Below are positions 17,527 to 26,002 of a stretch of 32,000 nucleotides of DNA, in pieces. This stretch comes from Cenarchaeum sp. (GTDB lineage Archaea > Thermoproteota > Nitrososphaeria > Nitrososphaerales > Nitrosopumilaceae). Every line of letters starts with the position of its first letter. Position 1 is the first letter of the stretch. The position numbers and the translations under genes were made by a program. The notes under the pieces were generated by a model, which worked only from the letters and a program-made list of their open reading frames with translations, was not told the DNA's origin and did not search any database. The stretch lies in assembly GCA_963692915.1 (NCBI GenBank), contig OY843584.1, forward strand, positions 531,134 to 563,133, written 5' to 3'.

Positions 17527-18441
17527 CTAGCGTGCCTGCTTTAGGACAAACGCCGCCAGTGCCTTCTCGGCCTGCCTGTTCTTCATCACTATCTTTGCGG
17601 TATGCACGTTCATGTCGATGTTGGACATCTTGTTGACAAGTGCCTTGTCCTTTGTGTCGACCACTATTGACGAGCACGCGTGCGCGTACATTTTTGCGAC
17701 GCCGAGTGCGCTAACCTCTATTCCGGCTGCCTCCATGTACTGTGCGGCCGGCCCGCTCACGGCCTCGTTGCCGACGATGGGGCTCACGGCAATTGTCTTT
17801 TTTCGCGCCCGTGCTAGATCCTTCCGTATTGCCTGCAGCTTTAGTATTGGCCCAATGCTAGTCAGCGGGTTTCCTGGCGCAATGACCACAAGCTTTGAGT
17901 CCTGTATTGCGCGGCTGACCTCGGGATTTGGACGTGCCCTGTCGGCTCCATCATAGCGTATTCCTGTGACAGGCTCGCGCCCCTTGTGCTTTACCCAGTA
18001 CTCCTGTATGTGCATGTCGCCTTTTTTGGTCGATATTATCGTCTCAACCTTGCTGTCAGTGGATGGCATGACATTGACGTTTATCGCAAATCTGCCGCAC
18101 ATCCACCTCGTTATCTCGCTGAGATTCTTGCCGTTCTTTAGCATGTTCGTCCTCATCAAGTGCGTTGCCGCATCGCGGTCGCCTATGCGAAACCACGTCT
18201 CTTCCCCAAATGCCTCCATCTGGCGCAAAAAGTTGAACGAGTCCTTTCGGATTCCCCACCCCTTGTCACGGTCGAGGAGGTCGGCTAGGCCGTACACGGT
18301 GGTGTCAATGTCAGGGCAGATGTACATGTCGTACATCCACAGGTTGTCGCCCACGTTGCACACGACATTGACGTCGCTCTCGCACGCGGCAAGACCCCGT
18401 ACGAGCTTTATTGATCCCGTGCCACCTGCAAGTACCGTTAT
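17527..18441 (-). CDS. cofD: LPPG:FO 2-phospho-L-lactate transferase (F420 biosynthesis); start codon unresolved
   Basis: The ORF track starts at GTG 18363 (MCNVGDNLW...). The same frame is open up to 18459 and encodes the conserved N-terminal motif ITVLAGGTGSIKLVRGL upstream of 18363. No ATG/GTG/TTG lies in frame there; see finding. The 5' boundary given is the ATA codon at 18441. Confidence 0.8.
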   Translation of the reverse strand: MTVLAGGTGSIKLVRGLAACESDVNVVCNVGDNLWMYDMYICPDIDTTVYGLADLLDRDKGWGIRKDSFNFLRQMEAFGEETWFRIGDRDAATHLMRTNMLKNGKNLSEITRWMCGRFAINVNVMPSTDSKVETIISTKKGDMHIQEYWVKHKGREPVTGIRYDGADRARPNPEVSRAIQDSKLVVIAPGNPLTSIGPILKLQAIRKDLARARKKTIAVSPIVGNEAVSGPAAQYMEAAGIEVSALGVAKMYAHACSSIVVDTKDKALVNKMSNIDMNVHTAKIVMKNRQAEKALAAFVLKQAR

Positions 18442-18557
18442 CGTGTGCTCTTCACGCTCCTAGAACGGGCAAACGTGCCGCACGGGCAAATATTACCCTT
18501 TTCAGGGCCGGCAGCGCCCAACAAGGTTTATTAGCGCACGCACGCGCACGAGGCGCG

Positions 18558-19784
18558 ATGAGCAGCATGGCGGTGCCCGTTGCACTCGTGGCATCCCTCA
18601 TGGTCATGGTTCCGTCTGCCTGGGGCGCGACGCTCACGGCCTTTATCGATCCGCAGGACAACGAGGCGACCTTCAAGCTCAGCTACCTCCAGACGTTCAC
18701 GATACGCCATGACTCGCAGGGCGAGCTCGCCGGCCTCCTTGAGGGCCAAGAGTGGGTGATCGACGAAAAGTTCAGCTCTGGCAATCCTGGCGTCACCGAG
18801 CTCGCCGAGCGCATCAACAGCGGCATACTTGACAACCGCAGCACAGTCAGGGTCTCTGACCTCGAAATTGCCTACAAGGCATCGCTAGTCGAGCGCGAAA
18901 AGTCCTCTGACATCAACTACAACCTCCTGATCTCCGGTGCCCTCGTGGACTTTGTCATAAAGGAGGAGGATCCGAGGAATCCGGGCATCATCGACATGGG
19001 ATGGAGGCACTTTGACATTGCCGGCCCGATCGTCGTCGACGGCATTGACGTCAACACGCCAATTGCGGCGATTGAGGACAACTCTCCTGGCGTTTATGCC
19101 GCAATAGAGGGCAGTGTGGCCGGCGACTTGCTCTCTGAGAGCCTCATGCAGGCAGAGGGCTTTTCTGATCCGCTCGACGTGTGGCACTTTCTCGTTGACC
19201 CCACGGGAATCAGCATAGACGCCAACCAGTTTGGGCTCAGCGAGGATATCGCCGGCAAGGTCATCTCAAAGTACACGCTTGGCGAGAGCAGCATACGCGA
19301 GGGCCGCAAGACTGACGAGCTCATCAACATGCCCTTTACGCTGGATCGCGAGTACTATATACGCACGATAAACACCATCGACATAGCCGAGACTGCCGTC
19401 GTCGGCTATACGTCAATATCCTCACTCGATGACCTCGAGACGCTTGGGTTCTCGTTTAGCGACCCGATTGGAACGACCACCGCAACGGGGGCATTCCCAG
19501 TGTTTATCGTGTATGGCATGGCCGCAATGGCCGCAGTCGGCGCCGGAATGTTCTTCTTTATCAGCAGCAGGCAGCTAAAGAAGGAAAAGGGCGCAACGCA
19601 GACTGGCATTGACCCGTCAAACCTCCAGGCCTCGGCGACTAGCACTGCTGCCGGCGGATACCAGACGAACAGGGGAGAGTCACAGCTCCGCTCTGACTAT
19701 GACTCTGGCTCGTCGTCCTCGCCGGAGCTCACCGAGCCGGACACGACGCGCGGCTCTATGCCAAAGGGCTGGGAAAAGAAATAG
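18558..19784 (+). CDS. Secreted/surface protein with signal peptide and a single C-proximal TM anchor
   Basis: In-frame ATG 18558 is 28 nt downstream of GGTTTATTAG (18525-18534). Signal-like MSSMAVPVALVASLMVMVPSAWGA. TM segment AFPVFIVYGMAAMAAVGAGMFFFISS is followed by RQLKKEK and a 71-aa Ser/Thr-rich tail. Confidence 0.7.
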   Translation: MSSMAVPVALVASLMVMVPSAWGATLTAFIDPQDNEATFKLSYLQTFTIRHDSQGELAGLLEGQEWVIDEKFSSGNPGVTELAERINSGILDNRSTVRVSDLEIAYKASLVEREKSSDINYNLLISGALVDFVIKEEDPRNPGIIDMGWRHFDIAGPIVVDGIDVNTPIAAIEDNSPGVYAAIEGSVAGDLLSESLMQAEGFSDPLDVWHFLVDPTGISIDANQFGLSEDIAGKVISKYTLGESSIREGRKTDELINMPFTLDREYYIRTINTIDIAETAVVGYTSISSLDDLETLGFSFSDPIGTTTATGAFPVFIVYGMAAMAAVGAGMFFFISSRQLKKEKGATQTGIDPSNLQASATSTAAGGYQTNRGESQLRSDYDSGSSSSPELTEPDTTRGSMPKGWEKK

Positions 19785-20069
19785 GTGCGTGCCAGGAGTA
19801 ACCCTCCTTCTGTTCTGGCGACATTTGGCTATGCGGCCTACCCGAGCCTGCTGCAGGGTGCTGGGGCTCTGTCTGGCCTTGCTCCGCGCGGGACAGCCGT
19901 TCCATTCCGGCTCCGGAAACCTCAGGCACAGCCGTCACGGTGCGCCGGGCCGGATTCGTTTCTGTTCTGTTGCCGGCCATCTCTGGCCACCCATCTCCGG
20001 GTCGCGCTCCCTGCGTGGAGGGAGGAGTTTCCTCTGCGTTAGCAGCGTGTCGCTCTCTGGCTCGCACGC
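19785..20069 (-). ncRNA. rnpB: RNase P RNA (type A-like)
   Basis: The minus-strand read contains CAGAGGAAACUCCUCCCUCCACGCAGGG (CR-I, compare GAGGAAAGUCC). It also has GGCGCACC, CGCGGAGCAAGGCCAGACAGAGCCCC (compare GGAGCAAGGCCAAAUAGGGG) and GCUCGGGUAGGCCGC (compare CCGGGUAGGCUGC). Near the 3' end is ACAGAAGGAGGGUUAC (CR-V, compare ACAGAACCCGGCUUA). The 5' GCGUGC pairs with the 3' GCACGC (P1). TATA GATATAC (rc of 20091-20098) is 27 nt upstream. Ends are good to +/- 5 nt. Confidence 0.85.
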
Positions 20070-20090
20070 CCAAGGCCTGCACGAGGGGGC

Positions 20091-20098
20091 GTATATCG
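20091..20098 (-). promoter_or_regulatory. TATA box of the RNase P RNA gene
   Basis: CGATATAC on the minus strand, about 27 nt upstream of the inferred 5' end at about 20068. Confidence 0.5.
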
Positions 20099-20133
20099 CT
20101 ATCTCTGCACGCTAGAGCGTATTCTGTACTTTC

Positions 20134-20309
20134 AAATACTTAACAGTTGAGGGACGATGTACGATCAAATACTTAACAGTTGAGGGACGATGTACGATCA
20201 AATACTTAACAGTTGAGGGACGATGTACGATCAAATACTTAACAGTTGAGGGACGATGTACGATCAAATACTTAACAGTTGAGGGACGATGTACGATCAA
20301 ATACTTAAC
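20134..20309. repeat. Tandem direct repeat: 5 perfect copies of a 33-bp unit plus an 11-bp partial copy
   Basis: Unit AAATACTTAACAGTTGAGGGACGATGTACGATC at 20134, 20167, 20200, 20233 and 20266. Partial AAATACTTAAC at 20299-20309. A degenerate partial (GTATTCTGTACTTTC) lies at 20119-20133. No spacers. Confidence 0.98.
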
Positions 20310-20385
20310 TATATTTTATACATTTTTTATGCTTAAAAACTTTTAGACATGAAATTTGGAATAATATATAAACCAATTTGCATGC

Positions 20386-21912
20386 ATGACTGACATGAGC
20401 GCCGGACCCTGGACACCACAGTTGCTGCGAGACGTGAATCCGTGGTGGGAGCTGCCAGACGTGATACGGCAGGATCGTGAGGTTAGGGCATGGCGTGATT
20501 CAGGTGAGCGCTATCGGCCTGCGCTCATGGGCGAGATGACGCTTGACTTTGAGTCTGATATGCAGGTGATCTACACGGTTCGAGGATCGCGCCAGGTGGG
20601 CAAGACGACAATGGTAAAGCTGCAGATCATGGATCTCCTGGATCAGGGGGTGGAACCGCAACGTTTGCTCTACTATTCGTTTGGCCCGCGTGCAACGCTT
20701 GACGAACTGTACGATGTCCTGCTGGGATACCTGCGCCTGAGCGAACGTGTCCGCGGTGATCGTAGATGCTACATATTTCTCGATGAAATATCATATGTGC
20801 CAAAATGGCAAGAGGGACTAAAGGAGATCTCCAACATGGGACGCCTGGCAAATTGCACCATCGTGGCAACCGGCTCAAATGCCACTGACTTGACACGCGC
20901 AACTGAGACGCTTACGGGTCGTCTGGGGCTTGTTGAGGATGGAAACCACAAATCACTCCTTCCAATGCGCTTTAGGGAGTTTGTGTCAATTATGAACACC
21001 GATTTGTCTAAACTTATCACCTCTCACGGCCTCTCTGAGCATGATCGGGCGCATTCTGTGTTTATGGACATCGCCACTGGATCCAATAATGAAGTTCTGA
21101 ATCGGCTAGAGCTCCATATGACCGACCTGGATGTGCTTTTCATGCAATACATGGTGTGGGGTGGAATACCACATGTGGCAAACATGTGTCCCAATGGCAT
21201 ACCAAATCCGCTGTACAGGACATACTTGGATGGCATATTGCATGAATGGAAATTTCTTGGATACTCGATTGATTCACTACGCGGCCTTGCGCCACATCTC
21301 GTGGATAGTGCGGGAAGCACTTTTTCGTGGAACAGCATGGCAGATGCGCTCTTGTGCTCCCGTCAGGAGTCCAAAGACCGCCTATGCGCGCTGCGTGACA
21401 TGTATGTGATCTCGGTTATGGATAACTATAACGTGCATGGCAAGATTGCGCACCACCGCAAGTCCAAAAAGCTGCACTTTCGAGATCCGCTCTTTTACCA
21501 CATCTTTGCCACGTTGTCTGGCAAACGCTCCTCTCCGTTTGAGCAGAGCAAGGCATGCGTGGACGATCCCACTATTCGTGGCAAGGTGGCCGAGTGTGTG
21601 ATGGCCGATCACCTCTCTCGCTTTGCCTACTCTGCATCGGTTCGAAAAGCGCTCTTTGATCCGTCCGATTATGTTTACTATTGGAAGTCGGGGAGACACG
21701 AGGTGGACTTTGTGTATATTGGAAGCGATAACATCCCAATTCCAATTGAGGTAAAGTATCGCTCCAAGATCAACCACAAAAACTTTGACGGCATGGCAGA
21801 GTTTCTAAACGTTAGCGGCGCGGGGCGTGGAATTGTTGCCACACGACGAGAGTATGACATTCGGCGCGACTATGCGCTTGTTCCGCTGCCGATGCTGCTA
21901 ATGCTGATGTGA
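20386..21912 (+). CDS. AAA+ ATPase (COG1373/AAA_14-like) fused to a DUF4143-type PD-(D/E)xK nuclease-like C-terminus
   Basis: Walker A GSRQVGKTT. Walker B CYIFLDEISY. C-terminal GRHEVDFVYIGSDNIPIPIEVKYRSK (E-x-D...E-x-K). An AT-rich promoter region contains AATATATAAA (20363-20372). The second ATG at 20395 fits the 28-nt TATA spacing better. Confidence 0.8.
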   Translation: MTDMSAGPWTPQLLRDVNPWWELPDVIRQDREVRAWRDSGERYRPALMGEMTLDFESDMQVIYTVRGSRQVGKTTMVKLQIMDLLDQGVEPQRLLYYSFGPRATLDELYDVLLGYLRLSERVRGDRRCYIFLDEISYVPKWQEGLKEISNMGRLANCTIVATGSNATDLTRATETLTGRLGLVEDGNHKSLLPMRFREFVSIMNTDLSKLITSHGLSEHDRAHSVFMDIATGSNNEVLNRLELHMTDLDVLFMQYMVWGGIPHVANMCPNGIPNPLYRTYLDGILHEWKFLGYSIDSLRGLAPHLVDSAGSTFSWNSMADALLCSRQESKDRLCALRDMYVISVMDNYNVHGKIAHHRKSKKLHFRDPLFYHIFATLSGKRSSPFEQSKACVDDPTIRGKVAECVMADHLSRFAYSASVRKALFDPSDYVYYWKSGRHEVDFVYIGSDNIPIPIEVKYRSKINHKNFDGMAEFLNVSGAGRGIVATRREYDIRRDYALVPLPMLLMLM

Positions 21913-21946
21913 TTGCCGGCGCACATGATTGGCTGATGCTAGCCGG

Positions 21947-22453
21947 TCAGTTGAGTATCTTTAGGCTTCGGCACACCGCGTACAGGTTGCGCCTGAGGTT
22001 CTTGTCAAGCAGCGTCTCCATCTTTTGGCGGAGGCGAACCTTTGCGCGCTCGCGCTCGGCGCCGTCAGGCAGCGAGAGGACCTCGTTTATCAGCTCGGGG
22101 AGCGACTCACGAACCCACGCGTCGAGTATGGCATAGTCGCGCGGCGATATTGGCACAACGTCAGGCCCCTCGTCGAGGACTCCGGTGAACGGCTCGTGCT
22201 CTATGCGGTATATCAGGGCAAACACACAGTTTTCTGGCGTGGGCTCGCGGAGTATCTCCTCTGACCTCGAGCCGGCCTTTCCCTGCGCGACCTTGTTGCG
22301 CAGGCCCACGGGATCGATGAGCGCGCCGTTCACGCCTATCCTCCTGCCGTCGACTCCGGTCGCCACTCCCACAAAACACCTGACCGTCTCGCCGTCACGC
22401 ACGCGCGCAAAGACGTGCGTTCCCTCGGAGATCCCGCGCTTTTTGCCAAACAT
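21947..22453 (-). CDS. Hypothetical protein (168 aa)
   Basis: ORF 21947..22756. ATG 22453 (MFGKKRGISEGTHVFARV...) is 27 nt downstream of ATTAAATAC (rc of 22475-22483). High-GC codon usage like the host. No family recognised. Confidence 0.5.
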   Translation of the reverse strand: MFGKKRGISEGTHVFARVRDGETVRCFVGVATGVDGRRIGVNGALIDPVGLRNKVAQGKAGSRSEEILREPTPENCVFALIYRIEHEPFTGVLDEGPDVVPISPRDYAILDAWVRESLPELINEVLSLPDGAERERAKVRLRQKMETLLDKNLRRNLYAVCRSLKILN

Positions 22454-22661
22454 TGCGCTAGTGCCGGCGCGTTTGTATTTAATCGCTCGCCGCACGGGGC
22501 GTTGTTTCATAACCACGCCTAGGTGCCATCCACGCAGGCCCCGCCCCGAGCGAGGCGCGTGGCTGCCGCGACCGAAACACAAATGGATCGGCTCGCGGGC
22601 AGGCAACGCGTTGGCCGGCGAAGCGGATGCAAAGTACGTTGACAGGGGAAGGATACTCGTC

Positions 22662-23250
22662 ATGCCCGCCAGCACGGAGGTCGCGCGGCGCGAGCTCGCC
22701 GAGGCGAGCAGGAAAAAGCCCGGCAGACCGTTCCTCTGCCCGAAGTCGCTCGTCATCCAGCTCGCCCTGGTGCGCGCCCTGTTCGGCGTCTGCCACAGGG
22801 AGCTGGAGGAGCTCCTCGCCGAGTCCCTGCACGGCGAGTTTGGTATCGGGTTCGTCCAGATATGGCGCAGGGTGTCGGGGTCGACGTCGGGTTCTCATCG
22901 CGCGACGGCTTGTTCACGTTCAACAACTCGCTCACCAGCGACGCCGGGGAAACCGAGGTCGCGTTTGACGGCACGGCCTCAGGTAGGGAGGAGCGGCGCG
23001 TGGAAGCTGGAGAAGTGGAAGGTTCGTTTCGGCTTCGTCAGGCTCACGCTGGCAGTCCACGCCGAGGACAAGATGATCATCGCCATGACGGTGACGGGCG
23101 ACGCGACGTCGAAACTCTCGCAGTTCCCAAAGCTGCTGCGCGCGGTGGTGGACGCGCGCGCAGTTCGTCAGGACGCGTGGCAGCCATCGTCGAGGAGCTG
23201 GGCAAACAACGCGAGGTACAGCAGGCAGCATCAGAAAAATATCGACGATC
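22662..23250 (+). pseudogene. IS5/IS4-like DDE transposase remnant (frameshifted, C-terminally truncated)
   Basis: Frame A reads MPASTEVARRELAEASRKKPGRPFLCPKSLVIQLALVRALFGVCHRELEELLAESL...FVQIWRRV. Frame B (from 22862) reads ...ETEVAFDGTASG. The reading returns to frame A with GAWKLEKWKVRFGFVRLTLAVHAEDKMIIAMTVTGDATSKLSQFPKLL. This is the IS5-type order (GRP..., xDxTG, W.KlH.avD...i....T....D...LL) split over two frames. No distal D/E region is present. Confidence 0.45.
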
Positions 23251-23889
23251 ATGTCGACGCCCGAGTTTGTCGAACGCTCTAAACATCTTGAGGCGCTTGA
23301 AAAGTTAGGTGCCGAACGAACCGCACTTGATCTGGAGATAGGCGGATCATTTACAAGGATAAGCCATCCACTCTCAAAGTACGTCTATGTCACTTCACTT
23401 GACAAAGAAAAAAAAACCGTAATGGCCAGGATGCTTGCCGAGCCGGCGGTTGCCCTGCGCGAGTCCGGCCCTGACATTGTGCTTGACATACTTGTTCACG
23501 TCAGAAAGGCAGTCTCATCAGCATCCGTCTCCGTAAAGGACATATCGAAATCCGAGGAACAGATAGACGCAGTGTCTGCCGGTCTTGGGGAGTTTGTCTC
23601 GCGCATGGCGTCACTGGAGGAGCGCAAGGGCGAGATTGCCGAGCGCGTTCGCTCCTTTGACTCCTCGCAGCTTGACTCTGCGCGCGCAACGCTCGAGCGA
23701 GCCACGTCTGACATTGTGGCACTAGAGTCGCGCGAGCGCGAGATTCGGGCCGATGCCGTGGCCGCCGAGGCCGAGATTCCCTCGGCCCTCAAGGCGCTAG
23801 AGTCGCGCATGCGAGCCGTGACGTCAGTCGCGTACACCTTCGGATGCCTGACGCCTAGCAATCGGGTTTTGCAGGATGGCCAGATCTAG
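23251..23889 (+). CDS. Hypothetical coiled-coil protein
   Basis: 212-aa ORF with long heptad-like, Glu/Arg/Ala-rich stretches (EERKGEIAERVRSF..., ESREREIRADAVAAEAE...). No family recognised. Confidence 0.5.
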   Translation: MSTPEFVERSKHLEALEKLGAERTALDLEIGGSFTRISHPLSKYVYVTSLDKEKKTVMARMLAEPAVALRESGPDIVLDILVHVRKAVSSASVSVKDISKSEEQIDAVSAGLGEFVSRMASLEERKGEIAERVRSFDSSQLDSARATLERATSDIVALESREREIRADAVAAEAEIPSALKALESRMRAVTSVAYTFGCLTPSNRVLQDGQI

Positions 23890-24116
23890 TAGTGTCACAC
23901 TTTGCCGTACGGGCGCTGCTGTGACGGCATTAGCAGGCGTCATGGCGGTAGCCGTCAACATCCGCTCTAAATATCTCATGCCGTGATCATGTTTTGTCAT
24001 TATACCCCCTAACTTTTTGTGATTTTGGGCGTTTTTCACACTTTTTCAAGGGGTATTTGATCACTGTTCAAAAACCAAATGATTTTACCTTTCTTTATAT
24101 ACTCATTTGGCATTTC

Positions 24117-24124
24117 TTTATAAA
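24117..24124 (+). promoter_or_regulatory. TATA box (TTTATAAA) of the GHKL-ATPase/NTase operon
   Basis: Centre is 28 nt upstream of TTG 24149. It lies in a ~250-bp AT-rich gap. A second box CTTTATATAC is at 24093-24102. Confidence 0.5.
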
Positions 24125-24148
24125 GAGATAGTGGCCTGACTGGCACGG

Positions 24149-26002
24149 TTGACCCAGCACAAGATTGACGTAACACCGGACAAGAGCCTCATCAAGAAGC
24201 TGGGGAGTGTAGGGTACCGAACCGAGCAGGCCATAGCAGAACTGATTGACAACTCTATCGACGCCCGCCTAGACGGTACGCTAGAGACGATCAGGATAGT
24301 CTTGGACTTTGCGAATCGAACGATTTCTGTCCGTGACGACGGCGCCGGAATGGATCTGGGTGCACTCAGGAACTCGTGGGTGCTTGGAGCACACTCAAAG
24401 TCATCAAACTCGAGCCTTGGCATGTTTGGAATTGGCATGAAGAGCGCATGCTCAGCCCTGGGCAAGTCGTTTTCGGTCAGGACAACAACTGCGGGTTCCA
24501 CGGCTGAACTTTACGCAAAATATGATGAAGATGAGTGGCTTGGAAGTTCAGGAGGGTGGGATGACTTTGAGGTTACTGAAACCCCCGCTGATGCAGATAC
24601 GCACGGAACAGAAGTCGTCGTGTCAAAGATCAATGTCGCGCTTTATCGTGCACAGGCTGCACAATTTCGAAAGCGCTTTGGAACACGCTATGCCCAGCAT
24701 ATGTTGGATCAACAAATAAAGATCACTGTCAACAACAAGCCATGCAGACCAATTGAGCCAGATATTGACTATAAAACCAAAAAAAACCTTGACATTTCCC
24801 TGTCTGATGGTAATCGCATCCATGGGTGGATTGCGCTTTTACGTCAATATTCAGTCAAGGGCGATTATGGGTTTAACCTGTATCAAAACAGTAGACTAAT
24901 CAGCTCTCACGCCAAATTTGGAATTCGTTACCATCCGGCAGTATCTCGTGTGGTTGGAAATCTGCATTTGGATCATGTCCCAGTAAATGTTCTTAAAACC
25001 GGGTTTTTGCCTGACACATACGAATATGCACAATCTTTTAAAGCAATTGAGAACGATCCGACTGTCAAAAAACTCATCAATGAGTCTGAACCTCATGAAA
25101 AATTTAGTAGTGACTATGCCTCTGTTTTCAGAAATGATGTGCCACCGACAAAAATTCCACGTATTGGAGATGTGAACGCCTCTCGTTTGCTTCGCAATAT
25201 GATCTCTGTGGATGTACTTGACACTGCGTCTCCTCGTATGGCGCTGGAGGATTGTGACACTGGGGTGTACCGCATTGAAGGTAGTGGCGACGAAACAAAA
25301 GTCATTGTTAATCGACAAAGTGCCGTGTTTCGGGCATTTAAAAATCCGCTGTTTTTGTTGGGAATGTTGCGTCTTGAAGCTCAAACTCTATCCGGTCATT
25401 CTGAAGCACAGCGTCTAATCACAAAAAGAAACAAAACATGGGAACAGTTTGTGGATTCACACTCTATTAATCGTGATATCAAACGTATAGGATCCAATGA
25501 CACATTGCCCAATAATCTTGTGAAGCTGCGTAGTTCAATTATGGGAGAGTTTTCAGAGCGGTTCCAGTTTACGGCTCTATCGATCTTGTGGCCACATCTC
25601 ATTAACGCATATCGTATATTGCCCTACACAGTATATGTTGCGCGAGGTTACGGCCAACTGTTAAAACATGTTGTATCGCAACAGAGTGGTTATCACGCAA
25701 TTTTAAATCCTGACCCTGGACAGGTGCATCAAATACTGGAAGCACGAGATGGCGGGGCACTCGTGATAATACGTGAGCGATCTGATGTGCCCAAGTTAAC
25801 TGCTGCATCGTATGCCAAAGCTTGGGTTGATCTATTTGTCGAGATACGACACGAACGTGTTGGAGTTTATGAAGAAGAGCTTGAGATGCTGTGGGATCTT
25901 GAGGACCACAGCTTGCTTACTATGAACCAAGTACTTTCATATGCGAAACGCCGCAGTGTTGCACAAGAGGTGGCTAAATACACTGGGGATGACACCACGT
26001 GA
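24149..26002 (+). CDS. GHKL-superfamily ATPase, HATPase_c_3 / MORC-paraMORC-like, with an uncharacterised ~300-aa C-terminal region
   Basis: Bergerat-fold motifs AIAELIDNSIDA (N box), SVRDDGAGMD (G1) and LGMFGIGMKSA (G2). MORC-like middle segment GNRIHGWIALLRQYSVKGDYGFNLYQNSRLIS...RVVGNLHLDHVPVNVLKTGF. TTG start, with an in-frame TGA 12 nt upstream. Lower GC than the flanks. Confidence 0.8.
   Translation: MTQHKIDVTPDKSLIKKLGSVGYRTEQAIAELIDNSIDARLDGTLETIRIVLDFANRTISVRDDGAGMDLGALRNSWVLGAHSKSSNSSLGMFGIGMKSACSALGKSFSVRTTTAGSTAELYAKYDEDEWLGSSGGWDDFEVTETPADADTHGTEVVVSKINVALYRAQAAQFRKRFGTRYAQHMLDQQIKITVNNKPCRPIEPDIDYKTKKNLDISLSDGNRIHGWIALLRQYSVKGDYGFNLYQNSRLISSHAKFGIRYHPAVSRVVGNLHLDHVPVNVLKTGFLPDTYEYAQSFKAIENDPTVKKLINESEPHEKFSSDYASVFRNDVPPTKIPRIGDVNASRLLRNMISVDVLDTASPRMALEDCDTGVYRIEGSGDETKVIVNRQSAVFRAFKNPLFLLGMLRLEAQTLSGHSEAQRLITKRNKTWEQFVDSHSINRDIKRIGSNDTLPNNLVKLRSSIMGEFSERFQFTALSILWPHLINAYRILPYTVYVARGYGQLLKHVVSQQSGYHAILNPDPGQVHQILEARDGGALVIIRERSDVPKLTAASYAKAWVDLFVEIRHERVGVYEEELEMLWDLEDHSLLTMNQVLSYAKRRSVAQEVAKYTGDDTT

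Noticed and set aside
18558-19784. Surface protein as the cognate substrate of the sortase-like enzyme at 10218..11144
   Set aside because: The TM helix plus basic cluster is followed by a 71-aa tail rather than being C-terminal. The genes are 7 kb apart and no shared sorting motif can be defined from a single sequence.
19609-20115. Protein-coding ORFs over 19609-20115 on both strands
   Set aside because: The region is explained by RNase P RNA. The predicted peptides are Arg/Pro/Ser-rich high-GC frame noise.
20112-20300. 62-aa minus-strand ORF (MIVHRPSTVKYL repeated) and a possible CRISPR interpretation of the 33-bp array
   Set aside because: The peptide simply reads through perfect DNA repeats (33 bp = 11 codons). 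All units are identical and contiguous with no unique spacers, and no cas genes are nearby, so this is neither a CRISPR array nor a credible gene.
23824-24039. 71-aa minus-strand ORF divergent from the GHKL gene as a possible antitoxin or regulator
   Set aside because: It has no HTH or other recognisable motif, overlaps the 3' end of the convergent coiled-coil gene, and lacks a well-spaced TATA box. The evidence is insufficient to call it.
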